The position numbers and the translations under genes are program-made. Shown here piece by piece: positions 46,000 through 59,241 of a stretch of DNA of 64,000 nucleotides (the first letter of the stretch is position 1; every line of letters begins with the position of its first letter). Under the pieces are notes generated by a model. It saw only the letters and a list, made by a program, of their open reading frames with translations, was not told the origin of the DNA and made no database searches. Origin of the DNA: Candidatus Sysuimicrobiota bacterium (GTDB lineage: Bacteria; Sysuimicrobiota; Sysuimicrobiia; Sysuimicrobiales; Sysuimicrobiaceae); NCBI GenBank assembly GCA_040289515.1, contig PSLI01000004.1:1-64000 (forward strand), given 5' to 3'.

Positions 46000-46692
46000 A
46001 TGGGAATCTCCGGGCCCACCATCCGCGAACTGCCCTTGGAGGCGAGGCCGCGGGAGCGGCTGCTGGCCTCCGGCCCTGAGGCCCTCGCGGATCGGGAGCT
46101 GCTCGCCGTCCTGCTGCGGGCGGGCACCCGGTCCCGCTCCGCGCTGCACGTGGCGGACGACCTGCTGCGCCGGTTTGGAGGCCTGCGGGGCCTCAGCCGC
46201 GCGCGGGCCGAGGAGCTGGGCACCCTGCGCGGCGTGGGGCAGGCTAAGGCAGCTACCCTGGTGGCCGCTTTCGAGCTGGCCCGGAGGATACAGGGCCCGG
46301 ACCCCGCCAGCCGGCCCGCGGTGCGCAGCGCCGCAGACGCCGCAGCTTTGCTGGGCCCCCGCCTGGCCCACCGCGAGCAGGAGCACTTCTGCGTGCTGCT
46401 CCTGAATACCCGCCACGAGGTCATCGGCCTGGTGGAGGTGTCCCGCGGCGGCCTCAACGCCGCCTCCGTGGAACCCCGGGAGGTGTTTCGGGAGGCCATC
46501 CGTCGCGGCGCCTGTGCGGTGATCGTGGCTCACAACCACCCCTCTGGCAACCCAGAACCCAGTCCCGACGACGTGCGCCTGACCACCGGTCTTCGGCAGG
46601 CGGGGAGTCTGGTGGGGGTAGCGGTGCTGGACCACCTGGTGGTGGGGGATGGACGATTTGTCAGCCTGCGGGAGCGGGGGTTAGGATTCTAG
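46000..46692 (+). CDS. radC: RadC/JAB-domain protein
   Basis: RPRERL, ELLA.LL..G, HNHPSG.PEPS.DD, LDH. Confidence 0.95.
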   Translation: MGISGPTIRELPLEARPRERLLASGPEALADRELLAVLLRAGTRSRSALHVADDLLRRFGGLRGLSRARAEELGTLRGVGQAKAATLVAAFELARRIQGPDPASRPAVRSAADAAALLGPRLAHREQEHFCVLLLNTRHEVIGLVEVSRGGLNAASVEPREVFREAIRRGACAVIVAHNHPSGNPEPSPDDVRLTTGLRQAGSLVGVAVLDHLVVGDGRFVSLRERGLGF

Positions 46693-46735
46693 GGGCTGCG
46701 GTAGTGCCGCGGCCAGCACCTCCTCGGAGGCCGGA

Positions 46736-47770
46736 ATGATCCGGAACGGGTTCCTCAGCCGCTTCTCTCGGGACATGGGCGTCGACCTGGGCACCGCCAA
46801 CACCGTGGTGTACGTGCGGCACGAGGGCATCGTGTTGCGGGAGCCTTCGGTGGTGGCCAAGCGGGCGGACGGTGCCATCCTGGCGGTGGGCGACGAGGCC
46901 AAGCGCATGATCGGCCGCACGCCGTCGGACATCCTGGCGGTGCGCCCCCTCAAGCACGGCGTCATCGCGGACTTCGACACCACCGCGGCCATGCTCAACT
47001 ACTTCATCCGCAAGGGCATGCGGGGCCGGTCCCTGCTCCGGCCGCGGGTCATCGTGGGGATCCCCTCCGGGGTCACGGAGGTGGAAAAGCGGGCGGTCAT
47101 CGACGCTACCCTGCAGGCGGGCGCGCGGGAAGCGTACCTCATCGAGGAGCCCATGGCGGCCGCCATCGGCGCGGGCCTACCTGTCTCCGAGCCGGTGGGC
47201 AGCATGGTGGTGGACATCGGGGGCGGAACCACGGAGGTGGCGGTGATCGCCCTCGGCGGGATCGTCGCCAGCAAGTCCATCCGCATCGGCGGGGACGAGA
47301 TGGACGAGGCCATCATCCAGTACGCGCGCAAGGCCTACAGCCTCCTCATCGGGGAACGCACCGCGGAGGAGATCAAGATCGCCATCGGGTCCGCGTACCC
47401 CCTGCGGGAGGAGCAGGCCGCGGAGGTGCGGGGGAGGGACCTGGTCTCCGGGCTGCCCCGCACGGTGCGCATGACCAGCGCGGAGATCCGGGAGGCGCTG
47501 CGGGAGCCGGTGGCGGCCATCGTGGACGCGGTGAAGCAAACCTTGGAGCGTACGCCCCCCGAGCTGGCCGCGGACATCGTGGAGCGCGGGATCGTACTGG
47601 CCGGGGGCGGCTCGCTGCTGCGTGGGCTGGACCGGCTCCTGGCGGAGGAGACGGGGATGCCCGTCACGCTTACGGACGACCCCCTCTCCGCGGTGGTACT
47701 GGGGACGGGGCGGGCTCTGGAGGAGATCGACACCCTCAGGAAGGCCCTGGTGGGCAACAAGCGCGCCTAG
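46736..47770 (+). CDS. mreB: Rod shape-determining protein MreB
   Basis: [32 protein letters not shown]. Confidence 0.98.
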   Translation: MIRNGFLSRFSRDMGVDLGTANTVVYVRHEGIVLREPSVVAKRADGAILAVGDEAKRMIGRTPSDILAVRPLKHGVIADFDTTAAMLNYFIRKGMRGRSLLRPRVIVGIPSGVTEVEKRAVIDATLQAGAREAYLIEEPMAAAIGAGLPVSEPVGSMVVDIGGGTTEVAVIALGGIVASKSIRIGGDEMDEAIIQYARKAYSLLIGERTAEEIKIAIGSAYPLREEQAAEVRGRDLVSGLPRTVRMTSAEIREALREPVAAIVDAVKQTLERTPPELAADIVERGIVLAGGGSLLRGLDRLLAEETGMPVTLTDDPLSAVVLGTGRALEEIDTLRKALVGNKRA

Positions 47771-47777
47771 CAGCGGG

Positions 47778-48608
47778 ATGATTCTCACGGGATCGAGAAG
47801 GCGGGCGGGGACTCTGGTAGTCCTGCTGCTGGGGGCGGGCGTTCTGCTGACGCTGCAGCTGCGTACCCCGGACCGCCGGGCTCTGGGGCCGGTGGGCCGT
47901 GCGGTGCTGTCGGTGATCCTGCCCGCACAGGTTTCCCTGACCCGGGCCACGGACGCCGTGGCCCGCTCCTGGCGCGCGCTCAACGAGATCGGGCAGCTGC
48001 GGGCGGAGAACGCCCGGCTGCGGGCGGAGGCAGAGCGGCTGCGTCGGGAGGTGGCGCAGCTGCAGGAGGTTTCGGCGGAGGCAGAGCGGCTGCGGCGGCT
48101 GGTGGGATTCCGTCCGCCGCCCTCCTACGCCACGGTGGCCGCGCGGGTGGTCACGCGCGACCCGAGCCGCTGGTACACCACCCTCACCGTGGACCGCGGC
48201 AGCCGTGACGGGCTTTCCCGCGACGATCCCGTGGTGACCGCGGACGGCCTGGTGGGCCGGGTGTTCGAGGTGTACCCCACTGCTGCGCGGGTACTGCTGG
48301 TGACCGACCCGCGCAGCGCCGTGGGGGTGCTTGTCCAGAGCACCCGGGAGGCCGGGGTGGTGGAGGGTACCGCAACGGAGTGGCTGCGGCTGCGCTACCT
48401 GTCCCGGTCCGCCCCCCTTCGGGAGGGGGACCTGCTGGTGACCTCTGGCCTGGGCGGGGTGTTCCCCAGGGGGATCCGGGTCGGGGTCGTGCGCACGGTG
48501 GTCCGCACCGCGGGCGCGCTGTTCCAGGAAGCGGAGGTGGAGCCCGCCACGGACCTGTCGCGCCTCGAAGAGGTGTTGGTGATGGTGCGGGGCGCGGGCT
48601 CCAGGTAG
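47778..48608 (+). CDS. mreC: Rod shape-determining protein MreC
   Basis: TM, coiled coil, DRGSRDG, GLVGRV, TSGLGGVFP.GI. Confidence 0.95.
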   Translation: MILTGSRRRAGTLVVLLLGAGVLLTLQLRTPDRRALGPVGRAVLSVILPAQVSLTRATDAVARSWRALNEIGQLRAENARLRAEAERLRREVAQLQEVSAEAERLRRLVGFRPPPSYATVAARVVTRDPSRWYTTLTVDRGSRDGLSRDDPVVTADGLVGRVFEVYPTAARVLLVTDPRSAVGVLVQSTREAGVVEGTATEWLRLRYLSRSAPLREGDLLVTSGLGGVFPRGIRVGVVRTVVRTAGALFQEAEVEPATDLSRLEEVLVMVRGAGSR

Positions 48609-48610
48609 CC

Positions 48611-49159
48611 GTGGGGACGGGTCGTTTGTGGAACCTGTTGGCCCGCCTGCTGGCGTGCGCGGGATTGTTGCTGCTGGCGGTGGTGGTGGAGGGTGCCTGG
48701 GGGTGGAGGATGAATTTCGCTGGCGGCGCTCTCGAACCGGTGGTCGTGGTGGTGCTGGCAGTGGGGGTTCGCACGGTGCCCGAGCTGGCAGCGCTTGTAG
48801 GCTTGGCCGCCGGTTTGTTGCAGGACTTGGCCGGGGGCCACGCGTTGGGGCTTGCGGGGATCTCGAAGCTGCTGTTGGGCTTCTGGGCCAGCACCGCTGC
48901 GCGGACGGTAGCGCTGGACAGTCCGTGGGCTTCCTCGGCCCTTGCGGCGGCGGGCACGGCGGGATCACGTGCGGTGGAGGCGGCCCTGCGTTGGCTGGCG
49001 GGTGAGCCCGCACCAGCCCTACTGCCCTGGGCAGGCGGAGTGGCGGTGAGCTCGTGCTATAATGCGTTGGTTGCGCCCCTGGTGTTCGCCGGCTTCCAAA
49101 CGGTGAAACGGTGGCCGCGGCGCATGCGGCGGGCGGCACCCTCCCGGCTAGCCTCGTAG
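48611..49159 (+). CDS. mreD: Rod shape-determining protein MreD
   Basis: Hydrophobic, AGLLQD...G..LG, YN; position after mreC; start uncertain. Confidence 0.85.
   Translation: MGTGRLWNLLARLLACAGLLLLAVVVEGAWGWRMNFAGGALEPVVVVVLAVGVRTVPELAALVGLAAGLLQDLAGGHALGLAGISKLLLGFWASTAARTVALDSPWASSALAAAGTAGSRAVEAALRWLAGEPAPALLPWAGGVAVSSCYNALVAPLVFAGFQTVKRWPRRMRRAAPSRLAS
49055..49063 (+). promoter_or_regulatory. Perfect extended -10 inside mreD
   Basis: TGcTATAAT about 140 nt before mrdA. Confidence 0.45.
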
Positions 49160-49202
49160 CCTCCGGGGACCGCCCGGGTGACTTTTGGGGCGCCGGGCTC
49201 GC

Positions 49203-50984
49203 ATGGAACCATCGAAGTCGGTTGACCTCACCACGCGGCTGGCATCCCTGGGCGTGGGCCTCACCGTGGCGCTGGCAGCCCTTGGGCTGCGCCTGTGGCA
49301 GCTGCAGATCCTCCAGGCTGACTACTACGCGCAGCTGGCGGACGTCAACCGCCTGCGGGTGCACCGCCTGCCTTCCCCGCGGGGGCTGATCCTGGACCGC
49401 CGCGGCACCCCGTTGGTGACCAACCGGCCAGCCTTCTCCGTTTGGGTGGTGCCCGCGGAGGTTGTGGACCCGGGCCGGGTGCTACCCCAGCTGGCGCGCG
49501 TGGTGGGCGTCCCGGAAGACGACCTTTGGGCCCGGTGGGAGCGCAGCCGGCGTCGTCCCTTCGAGCCCATGCGGGTCCGCCGCGACGTGGGGATCCGGGT
49601 GGTCACGGCGCTAGAGGAGCGGCGGCAGAGTCTGCCTGGCGTGCAGGTGGAAGCGGAGCCGGTGCGGGTGTACCCCTTTGGACCTGCAGCCGCCCACGTC
49701 CTGGGTTATCTGGGGGAGGTGAGCCCCGAGGAGTTGGAGGCGTTGCGGCCCCGGGGCTACCGGGCGGGCGACCTCATCGGGAAGGCGGGTGTTGAACGCG
49801 CGTACGACGAGGTGCTCCGGGGGAGCGATGGCGAGCACGCGGTGGAGGTGGACGCCGCGGGCCGGCCGCTGCGCGTGCTGAGGGAGCAGCCCGGTCAGCC
49901 CGGGCACACCCTGGTGCTGGCCTTGGACCGGGAGCTGCAGGAGGAGGCCGCCCGACAGCTGCAGGGCCGTTCGGGTGCCGTGGTGGCCATGGATCCCTGG
50001 ACCGGGGAGGTCCTGGCCATGGCCAGCAGCCCCTCCTTCGATCCCAACCTGTTCTCCGTGGGTATCTCGGAGCAGGACTGGCAGCGGTTGTCCGCGGACC
50101 GCCGCAACCCCCTGCTGAACCGGGCCACGGCCAGCGCTTACGAGCCCGGGTCGGTGTTCAAGGTGGTCACGGGCCTCGCGGCCCTCCAGGAAGGGCGCGC
50201 GGCCTCAAGCTCCCGGTTCTTGTGTAAGGGATCCTTGCAGCTGGGCCGGTGGGTGTTCCGGGATCTGGTGGCGCACGGGGTTGTGGACTTCACCACGGGG
50301 GTGGCTCAGTCATGCAACGTCATGTTCTGGACGCTGGGCTTGGCCCTGGGTCCGGACCTGCTGGCGGAGTACGCGCAACGCCTGGGCTTCGGCAGCCCCA
50401 CGGGGGTAGACCTGCCCCTGGAGGTGCCGGGCATGATCCCGGACCCTGCCTATAAGCAGCGGACCTGGCAAGAGCCGTGGTACCCCGGGGACACGCTCAA
50501 TATGGCGATTGGGCAGGGCTTCGTGCTGGTCACCCCTCTCCAGGTGGCCAGGGCTATGAGTGCGGTGGCAAACGGCGGGATTCTGCTGCGGCCGCGCCTG
50601 GTCCGGGCGGTGGTGTCCCCGGAAGGGCACGTGGTGCGGACCTTTTCGCCGGAAGCGCAGGCGCGCCTGCCGGTGTCCGACCAGGCTCTGGCAGCCCTCC
50701 GGAGGGGGCTTGTGGCGGTGGTGGACCGCGGCACGGGACAGGCTGCCAGGGTGGAAGGACTGCAGGTGGCCGGCAAGACCGGCAGCGCGGAGACCGCCAG
50801 GGGACGTCCGCACGCGTGGTTTGCTGGTTACGCGCCCGCCAGTCAGCCGCGCATCGTGGTGGTGGTTCTGGTGGAGCATGGATACCGGGGAGGCGTCAGC
50901 GCCGCACCCATCGCGCGAGCCATCCTGGAACGCTGGTGGACCGGGCTGCGATCGGCCCGGGGGGGAAATCTGTGGGCCCGGTGA
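49203..50984 (+). CDS. mrdA: Penicillin-binding protein 2
   Basis: RGLILDR, PGSVFK, SCN, KTG. Confidence 0.95.
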   Translation: MEPSKSVDLTTRLASLGVGLTVALAALGLRLWQLQILQADYYAQLADVNRLRVHRLPSPRGLILDRRGTPLVTNRPAFSVWVVPAEVVDPGRVLPQLARVVGVPEDDLWARWERSRRRPFEPMRVRRDVGIRVVTALEERRQSLPGVQVEAEPVRVYPFGPAAAHVLGYLGEVSPEELEALRPRGYRAGDLIGKAGVERAYDEVLRGSDGEHAVEVDAAGRPLRVLREQPGQPGHTLVLALDRELQEEAARQLQGRSGAVVAMDPWTGEVLAMASSPSFDPNLFSVGISEQDWQRLSADRRNPLLNRATASAYEPGSVFKVVTGLAALQEGRAASSSRFLCKGSLQLGRWVFRDLVAHGVVDFTTGVAQSCNVMFWTLGLALGPDLLAEYAQRLGFGSPTGVDLPLEVPGMIPDPAYKQRTWQEPWYPGDTLNMAIGQGFVLVTPLQVARAMSAVANGGILLRPRLVRAVVSPEGHVVRTFSPEAQARLPVSDQALAALRRGLVAVVDRGTGQAARVEGLQVAGKTGSAETARGRPHAWFAGYAPASQPRIVVVVLVEHGYRGGVSAAPIARAILERWWTGLRSARGGNLWAR

Positions 50985-52099
50985 GAGCCTCGGTCAGGGA
51001 ACCCTCCCGCCCGGGCGCCCTCCGCCACGTGGACTGGGTGCTGGTCGCCTGCACCCTGACCCTGGTAGCCATCGGTACCGTGGCGGTGGCCAGCGCCAGC
51101 AGCACCCCTGAGCAACCCCTTGGGCTGCTGCGGCCGCGGCTGGTTCACACGGCGGTGGGGCTGGCAGTTCTGGCGGGGTTTGCAGCGCTCCCCTACCGGA
51201 CTCTGGGGGAGGTGTGGAAGTTCGCCTACGGCTCGAGTCTCGTGCTGTTGGTGGCGACGGACGTGGTGGGCCGGACAGCCCTGGGCGCCCAGCGGTGGCT
51301 GCACGTGGGCCCGGTGAGCCTGCAGCCCTCGGAGGTAGCGAAGCTGGGGCTCATCGTGGCACTGGCGTGGTCCCTGAGCCGGCGCAAAGAGCCGCCGACG
51401 CGGGCGGTGGACCTGGTTCCGTGCCTGGCCCTTGCGGGCCCCATGGTGGCCCTGGTGTTCCTGCAGCCCGACCTGGGTAGCGCCATGAGCTTCGTGGCCG
51501 TGGCCGCGGGCATGTTGTGGGCGGCGGGCGTGCCCGCACGGCTGATGGGCGCCGTTGCCCTGGGGGGGTTGCTGGCCGCGCCTTTGGCTTGGCCCCTGCT
51601 GAAGCCCTACCAGCGAACCCGCCTGCTGGCCTTCCTCGACCCCGGCGTGGATCCCCTCGGCGCAGGCTACAACCTCATCCAGTCCAAGATCGCCATCGGC
51701 TCGGGCGGCCTGTGGGGAAAGGGTCTGTTCGCGGGCACCCAGAACACCCTGCAGTTCCTGCCCATGCAGCACACAGACTTCGTGTTCTCCGTGATCGGGG
51801 AGGAGCTGGGGTTCGTGGGCACAATAGGGGTGTTGGTGCTGTTCTGGGTGTGGTTGCTGCGGGTGCTGCGGGTGGCGGCCTCCACCCGGGACGCCTTCGG
51901 CAGCTACCTGTGTGTGGGTGTGGCGAACCTTGTGGCGTTCCACGTGCTGGTGAACGTGGGGATGACGGTGGGCTTGGCCCCTGCCACGGGAATCCCCCTC
52001 CCCTTCGTGTCCTATGGGGGCACCGCCCTGGTGACCCAACTGGCCGCGGTGGGGATGGTCCTCAGTGTGGCCCTCCGCAGGCCCAAGATCCGCTTCTAA
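50972..52099 (+). CDS. rodA: SEDS peptidoglycan polymerase RodA
   Basis: GAQRW, QPSE..K, QPDLG, AIGSGG, HTDF, SYGG. Confidence 0.95.
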   Translation: MGPVRASVREPSRPGALRHVDWVLVACTLTLVAIGTVAVASASSTPEQPLGLLRPRLVHTAVGLAVLAGFAALPYRTLGEVWKFAYGSSLVLLVATDVVGRTALGAQRWLHVGPVSLQPSEVAKLGLIVALAWSLSRRKEPPTRAVDLVPCLALAGPMVALVFLQPDLGSAMSFVAVAAGMLWAAGVPARLMGAVALGGLLAAPLAWPLLKPYQRTRLLAFLDPGVDPLGAGYNLIQSKIAIGSGGLWGKGLFAGTQNTLQFLPMQHTDFVFSVIGEELGFVGTIGVLVLFWVWLLRVLRVAASTRDAFGSYLCVGVANLVAFHVLVNVGMTVGLAPATGIPLPFVSYGGTALVTQLAAVGMVLSVALRRPKIRF

Positions 52100-52112
52100 G
52101 CTCGGAGGAGGT

Positions 52113-53771
52113 ATGCGACGGCTCATCGTGGCGAACGTGGAACCTTTCGAGACCCGGGTGGCGGTGTTCGAGGACGGGCAAGTAGTGAACCTGTTCGTGG
52201 AGCGGGGCGAGCCCCTGGCGGGCAACGTATACAAGGCCCGGGTGGCCAACGTACTGCAGGGGATGGATGCCGCCTTCGTGGACATCGGCCTGGAGCGCAA
52301 CGCCTTTTTGCAGGTGGGCGACGTGCGCAGCCAGCGCATCGGGGGTGAGGAGCTGGAGGATGCGATCGGGCGGGGCGCCATCCAGCAACGGCTGCGGGTG
52401 GGCCAGGAGATCCTTGTGCAGGTCACCAAGGAGCCCATGGGCAGCAAGGGGGCCCGGGTGACGACCTACATCGCCATCCCGGCCCACTACCTGGTCCTCA
52501 TGCCCACCGTCCCGTACGTGGGGGTGTCCCGCAAGATCGAGAGTGAGGGCGAGCGGCGCCGACTCCGGGAGTTGGCCCAGCGGCTGCGGCCGCAGGGGAT
52601 GGGGCTGATCGTGCGCACGGCCGCACAGGGCGCCACGGAGAAGGACCTGCAGGACGACCTGCGCTACCTGCTCAGCGTGTGGAACCGGGTGCTGGAGCGG
52701 GCGCGCACGAGCCGGGCACCTGCCCTCCTGTACCAGGACCTGCGCCTGCTCCGCCGCGTGGCCCGCGACCTGTTTACGGGGGAGGTGGAACGGTTCGTGG
52801 TGGACTCCCCGCGGGAGTACGAGCGGCTGGTGGACCTGGTGGGATCCTACGCGCCCCACCTGCGGGACCGCCTGGAGCTGTACCGGGGCAGCGAGCCCAT
52901 CTTCGAGCACTACGGGGTGGAACGGGAGATCGAGACGGCCCTGCGGCGCAAGGTGTGGCTGCCCTCGGGGGGAACCCTGGTGGTGGACCGTACGGAAGCC
53001 CTCACGGTGATCGACGTGAACACGGGCCGCTACGTGGGAAAACAGGACCTGGCCACCACCATCCTGCACACCAACCTGGAGGCCGTGCGGGAAGTGGTGC
53101 GGCAGATCCGGCTGCGGGACATCGGCGGCATCATCCTGGTGGACTTCATCGACATGGACAACGAGAAGCACCGCCAGCAAGTCTTCCGGGCTCTGCAGGA
53201 GGCGGTGCGGCAGGATCGCTCCAAGACCCACGTGATGGACCTGACACAGCTGGGACTGGTGGAGATCACCCGCAAGCGGGTGCACCAGGATCTGGAGGCG
53301 GTGCTGCGGATGCCGTGCCCCTACTGCGACGGGCGGGGCCGCGTGCTGTCCCCGCAGACGGTGGCCAACCGCATCCGGCGGCAGCTGCGGGCCCTGTGCG
53401 CGGCCTGCCGGGATCCGGTCCTGGTGCTCCGGGTGCACCCCCTGGTGCACGCGGAGCTGCTACGGGACGGGGTGTGGCTGCGGAAGGTGGAAGAGCAGAC
53501 GGGAAAGGCCATCCGGGTGATCCCCAAGGAGGCGCTGCACGTGGAGCAGTTTGAGACCTCAGGCGCCGCCTGTCCGGAGGAGGCGGAGGTGGTGCCCGCG
53601 TCCTCCCAACGGGCGTATCCGTGGGGTCCGGAGGAGGTGCTGGACGTGGCCGCGGAGCGGGACGAAGAGTTGGAGCGGGCGGAACCCCGCCGGCAGCCCG
53701 TGGGCTGGTGGGACCGCCTGCGCCGGTGGCTGGCGGAGCGACGGACGGCGCAGACGGGCCCGCGGCTATAA
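52113..53771 (+). CDS. rng: Ribonuclease G (Rne/Rng family)
   Basis: GNVYKARV, AAFVDIG, QVTKEP..KGAR, IDVNTG, DFIDM, CPYC.G.G. Confidence 0.95.
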   Translation: MRRLIVANVEPFETRVAVFEDGQVVNLFVERGEPLAGNVYKARVANVLQGMDAAFVDIGLERNAFLQVGDVRSQRIGGEELEDAIGRGAIQQRLRVGQEILVQVTKEPMGSKGARVTTYIAIPAHYLVLMPTVPYVGVSRKIESEGERRRLRELAQRLRPQGMGLIVRTAAQGATEKDLQDDLRYLLSVWNRVLERARTSRAPALLYQDLRLLRRVARDLFTGEVERFVVDSPREYERLVDLVGSYAPHLRDRLELYRGSEPIFEHYGVEREIETALRRKVWLPSGGTLVVDRTEALTVIDVNTGRYVGKQDLATTILHTNLEAVREVVRQIRLRDIGGIILVDFIDMDNEKHRQQVFRALQEAVRQDRSKTHVMDLTQLGLVEITRKRVHQDLEAVLRMPCPYCDGRGRVLSPQTVANRIRRQLRALCAACRDPVLVLRVHPLVHAELLRDGVWLRKVEEQTGKAIRVIPKEALHVEQFETSGAACPEEAEVVPASSQRAYPWGPEEVLDVAAERDEELERAEPRRQPVGWWDRLRRWLAERRTAQTGPRL

Positions 53772-53772
53772 T
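53767..53772 (+). promoter_or_regulatory. -10 element for alaS overlapping the rng stop codon
   Basis: TATAAT 38 nt before alaS start. Confidence 0.45.
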
Positions 53773-53810
53773 CGTGTCGGCCACGCAGCAACAGGTGGGA
53801 GGTCGGTGCG

Positions 53811-56485
<2,675 letters not shown>

Positions 56486-56489
<4 letters not shown>

Positions 56490-56911
56490 GGGGTCGGGTG
56501 CTGGCGGTGGATTACGGGAGCCGCCGCATCGGTCTGGCCCTCAGCGACCCCACGGGGGTAGCCACCCAGATGCTGCCCGACGTGCGGCGGCACGGGGACG
56601 ACCCGCGGGCCGCCCAGGAGGTGGCGGAGGTGGCGCACCGCTACGAGGTGCGGACCATCGTGGTGGGTTTGCCGCTGCGCCTGGACGGGACCGAGGGTCC
56701 TCAGGCCCAGGCGGCGCGTCGGTTTGCACGCCTTCTGGAGCGCACCGCCGCGCTGCCCGTGCGCCTGTGGGACGAGCGACTCACCTCGGTGCAGGCGGAG
56801 CGGATCCTCCTGGAAGGAGGACTCCGCCGCAAACGGCGCCGCCAGCTGCGGGATCGTCTGGCGGCCGCCCTGGTGCTGCGCAGCTTCCTCCAAGCACAAC
56901 CGGACTCCTGA
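56486..56911 (+). CDS. ruvX: RuvX/YqgF pre-16S rRNA nuclease
   Basis: LAVDYG.RRIGLA.SD, VVGLP, WDERLTS, D..AA. Confidence 0.95.
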
Positions 56912-57046
56912 GACCCACCCCGCGCGGAGCAGACGAACGGACCCTCCGGGAGGTATCATAGCCATGAGCAACGGTCCGGGGTGCCGCGCGCCGCGGCCGC
57001 GACGGGTGGGCCTCCCGCTGTTGCCACACTCTGCGGAGGTGCGGAC

Positions 57047-57331
57047 GTGGGCCGGGCGGACGGCACGCAGCTGGATGTAATCACCGTGAGCGACGAGCAG
57101 GGGCACCAGCACGAGTTCACGGTGCTGGAGTACGTGGAGGTGGAGGATCGGCGCTACGTGGTGGTGGTCCCCACAGACGCCCCGGAGGACGAGGCCGCGG
57201 TGGTCCTGCGGGTGGAGGGCGATACCCTGGTGAGCGTGGACGACGACGAGGAGTTCGAACAAGTGGTGGCCGCCCTGGAGGGTAGCGCCGACGACCTCGA
57301 GGGGGAGGAAGTAGAGGAGGACTCGCAGTAG
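57047..57331 (+). CDS. DUF1292 acidic protein
   Basis: DEQG..HEF, RYVVV.P, DDDEEFEQV; position between ruvX and mltG. Confidence 0.85.
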   Translation: MGRADGTQLDVITVSDEQGHQHEFTVLEYVEVEDRRYVVVVPTDAPEDEAAVVLRVEGDTLVSVDDDEEFEQVVAALEGSADDLEGEEVEEDSQ

Positions 57332-57360
57332 GGCTGCGGGGTTGGCATCTGGCACACCGG

Positions 57361-58320
57361 TTGGTGGCCGTTCTGGCCGCGGGAACTGCGGCTTTTGCTG
57401 TGCACGGGTGGAGTGCGCCTGTCTCCAGACAGCCGGTGGTGTTGGTGATCCCGCCCGGGGCGGACGCGTCCTCTGTGGCCGAACGGTTGCACCGGCACGG
57501 GCTGGTCCGCAGCCCCGCCGCCTTCCGGCTGCTGGCCCGCTGGCAGGGTCTCGATGGACGCATCCAGGCGGGTGAGTACCGCTTTTCCGGCGGGGAGAGT
57601 ATGGGTGCGATCCTCCGGCGGCTGGCTGCCGGCGACGTGATTCGGCACCGCCTTGTCCTTCCCGAGGGGCTGTCCGCGCGCGAGCTGGCCCGGCGCCTGC
57701 AAGAACAGAGAGTGGTGGAGGCAGAAGCCTTCCTTGCGGAGGTCCGGCGTGCCCACCGGTACTGGATTCCGCAGATGGAGGGCAACACCACCGGCAGCGT
57801 GGAAGGGTACCTGTTTCCCGACACGTACGAGTTTCCCCGGGGCTACTCCGCGGACCGGGTGGTGGCGGCCATGGTGGCTCGCTTCCATGAGGCCACCGCA
57901 CCCCTGTGGTCGCTGGCCCGGCCGTTCGGGCTTTCACCTCACCAGGTGGTGACCTTGGCCTCCCTGGTGGAGCGGGAGGCCCGGCACGACGGGGAGCGGG
58001 CTCGGATCGCGGGCGTCCTGTACAACCGACTGCGCCTGGGTATGCCGCTGCAGGTGGACGCCACGGTCCTGTACGCCCTCGGCCAGCACAAGGAACGCGT
58101 GCTGTACAGGGACCTGGAGGTGGACTCCCCGTACAACACGTACCGCAGGGTGGGTCTGCCCCCCGGGCCCATCGCCAACCCTGGTCTGGCAAGCCTACTG
58201 GCGGCGTTGCAGCCTGAGGCACACGACTACCTGTACTACGTGGCCCGTCCGGATGGCACCCACGTGTTCAGCCGCAGCCTGGCGGAGCACGAGCGTGCCC
58301 GCAAGGCCCTGCAGAAGTAG
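57361..58320 (+). CDS. mltG: Endolytic transglycosylase MltG
   Basis: EGYLFPDTY, LASLVERE, LQVDAT, SPYNTY, GLPPGPIANPG; true start may be slightly upstream. Confidence 0.95.
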   Translation: MVAVLAAGTAAFAVHGWSAPVSRQPVVLVIPPGADASSVAERLHRHGLVRSPAAFRLLARWQGLDGRIQAGEYRFSGGESMGAILRRLAAGDVIRHRLVLPEGLSARELARRLQEQRVVEAEAFLAEVRRAHRYWIPQMEGNTTGSVEGYLFPDTYEFPRGYSADRVVAAMVARFHEATAPLWSLARPFGLSPHQVVTLASLVEREARHDGERARIAGVLYNRLRLGMPLQVDATVLYALGQHKERVLYRDLEVDSPYNTYRRVGLPPGPIANPGLASLLAALQPEAHDYLYYVARPDGTHVFSRSLAEHERARKALQK

Positions 58321-58322
58321 GG

Positions 58323-58850
58323 ATGCGGCCGGGCGAGGGTTGGATCCCTCACTTGGCGGTGCTCCGTGTAAGCCACGTCCCCCTGGAGCTGCTGCTTCGG
58401 CGGGGGATTCGGGGCGTGGTGTTCGACCTGGACAACACCCTGGTCCCGTACGGCTCCTGCCACGTCCCGGAGGACGTGCACGAGTGGCTGGAGCGCTTCC
58501 GGGCCTGCGGCCTGCGGGGAGCCGTGGTGTCCAACGCCCTGCCCTGGAGGGTGCGGGGGCTTGCGCAACGCCTGGGCTGGCCTGCGGTGGCGGGCTGGCC
58601 CAAGCCCAGTCCGGCGCGGCTGCGCAGGGCCATGACCGTACTGGGCACCACGCCCGGGACCACCGCCCTCGTAGGCGACCAGCTGTTTACGGACATCTGG
58701 CCCGGGAACCGGTTGGGGCTGTTCACCATCCTGGTGGAGCCCCTGGACCGGCGGGAGTTCCCTACCACCCGCATCAGCCGCTGGCTGGAGGGCCTCGCCG
58801 GGCGCGACAGGATGGCCGAGCAGGGCAGGACTCCGGCGGGGACGGGTTGA
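58323..58850 (+). CDS. yqeG: YqeG-family HAD IIIA phosphatase
   Basis: FDLDNTL, VSN, KP, VGDQLFTD. Confidence 0.92.
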   Translation: MRPGEGWIPHLAVLRVSHVPLELLLRRGIRGVVFDLDNTLVPYGSCHVPEDVHEWLERFRACGLRGAVVSNALPWRVRGLAQRLGWPAVAGWPKPSPARLRRAMTVLGTTPGTTALVGDQLFTDIWPGNRLGLFTILVEPLDRREFPTTRISRWLEGLAGRDRMAEQGRTPAGTG

Positions 58851-58869
58851 AGCACAGCCAGAGCCGGCC

Positions 58870-59241
58870 ATGGCGCTGCGGGACTTCCTGAAGGAGATCC
58901 TGGCCAGCGTGGAAGGGGCGCTGGGGGTGGCGGTCGTACGCCTGGACGGCGAGGTGGTGGACGCCCACACCCTGGACGGGGGTCTGCGGATCGAGAAGGT
59001 CGCTCCGGACCTGGGGATTCTGGCCAAGGTGTCCGCGTACGCCGCCCGCAAGCTGAGCGCCGGCCCGGTGGACTACTCCGTGGTGTCGGCGGAAAAGTAC
59101 GTGCTGCTTTTGTCCGCGGTGGAGGTGGACTACGCTCTCGTGATCGCCCTCCGGCAGGGTGGAAATCTTGGGAAGGCGCGCCTGCTGATGAAGAAGAACC
59201 TGGAACGGGTGGCCGCCCAGCTGCGCAGCCTCGGCTCGTGA
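58870..59241 (+). CDS. Roadblock/LC7 (MglB-like) protein
   Basis: L.......EGA..V.VV..DG, NLG.ARL pattern. Confidence 0.8.
   Translation: MALRDFLKEILASVEGALGVAVVRLDGEVVDAHTLDGGLRIEKVAPDLGILAKVSAYAARKLSAGPVDYSVVSAEKYVLLLSAVEVDYALVIALRQGGNLGKARLLMKKNLERVAAQLRSLGS

Noticed and set aside
46000..46692. radC as an anti-defence/mobile element marker
   Set aside because: Full-length chromosomal form in its usual position before mreBCD
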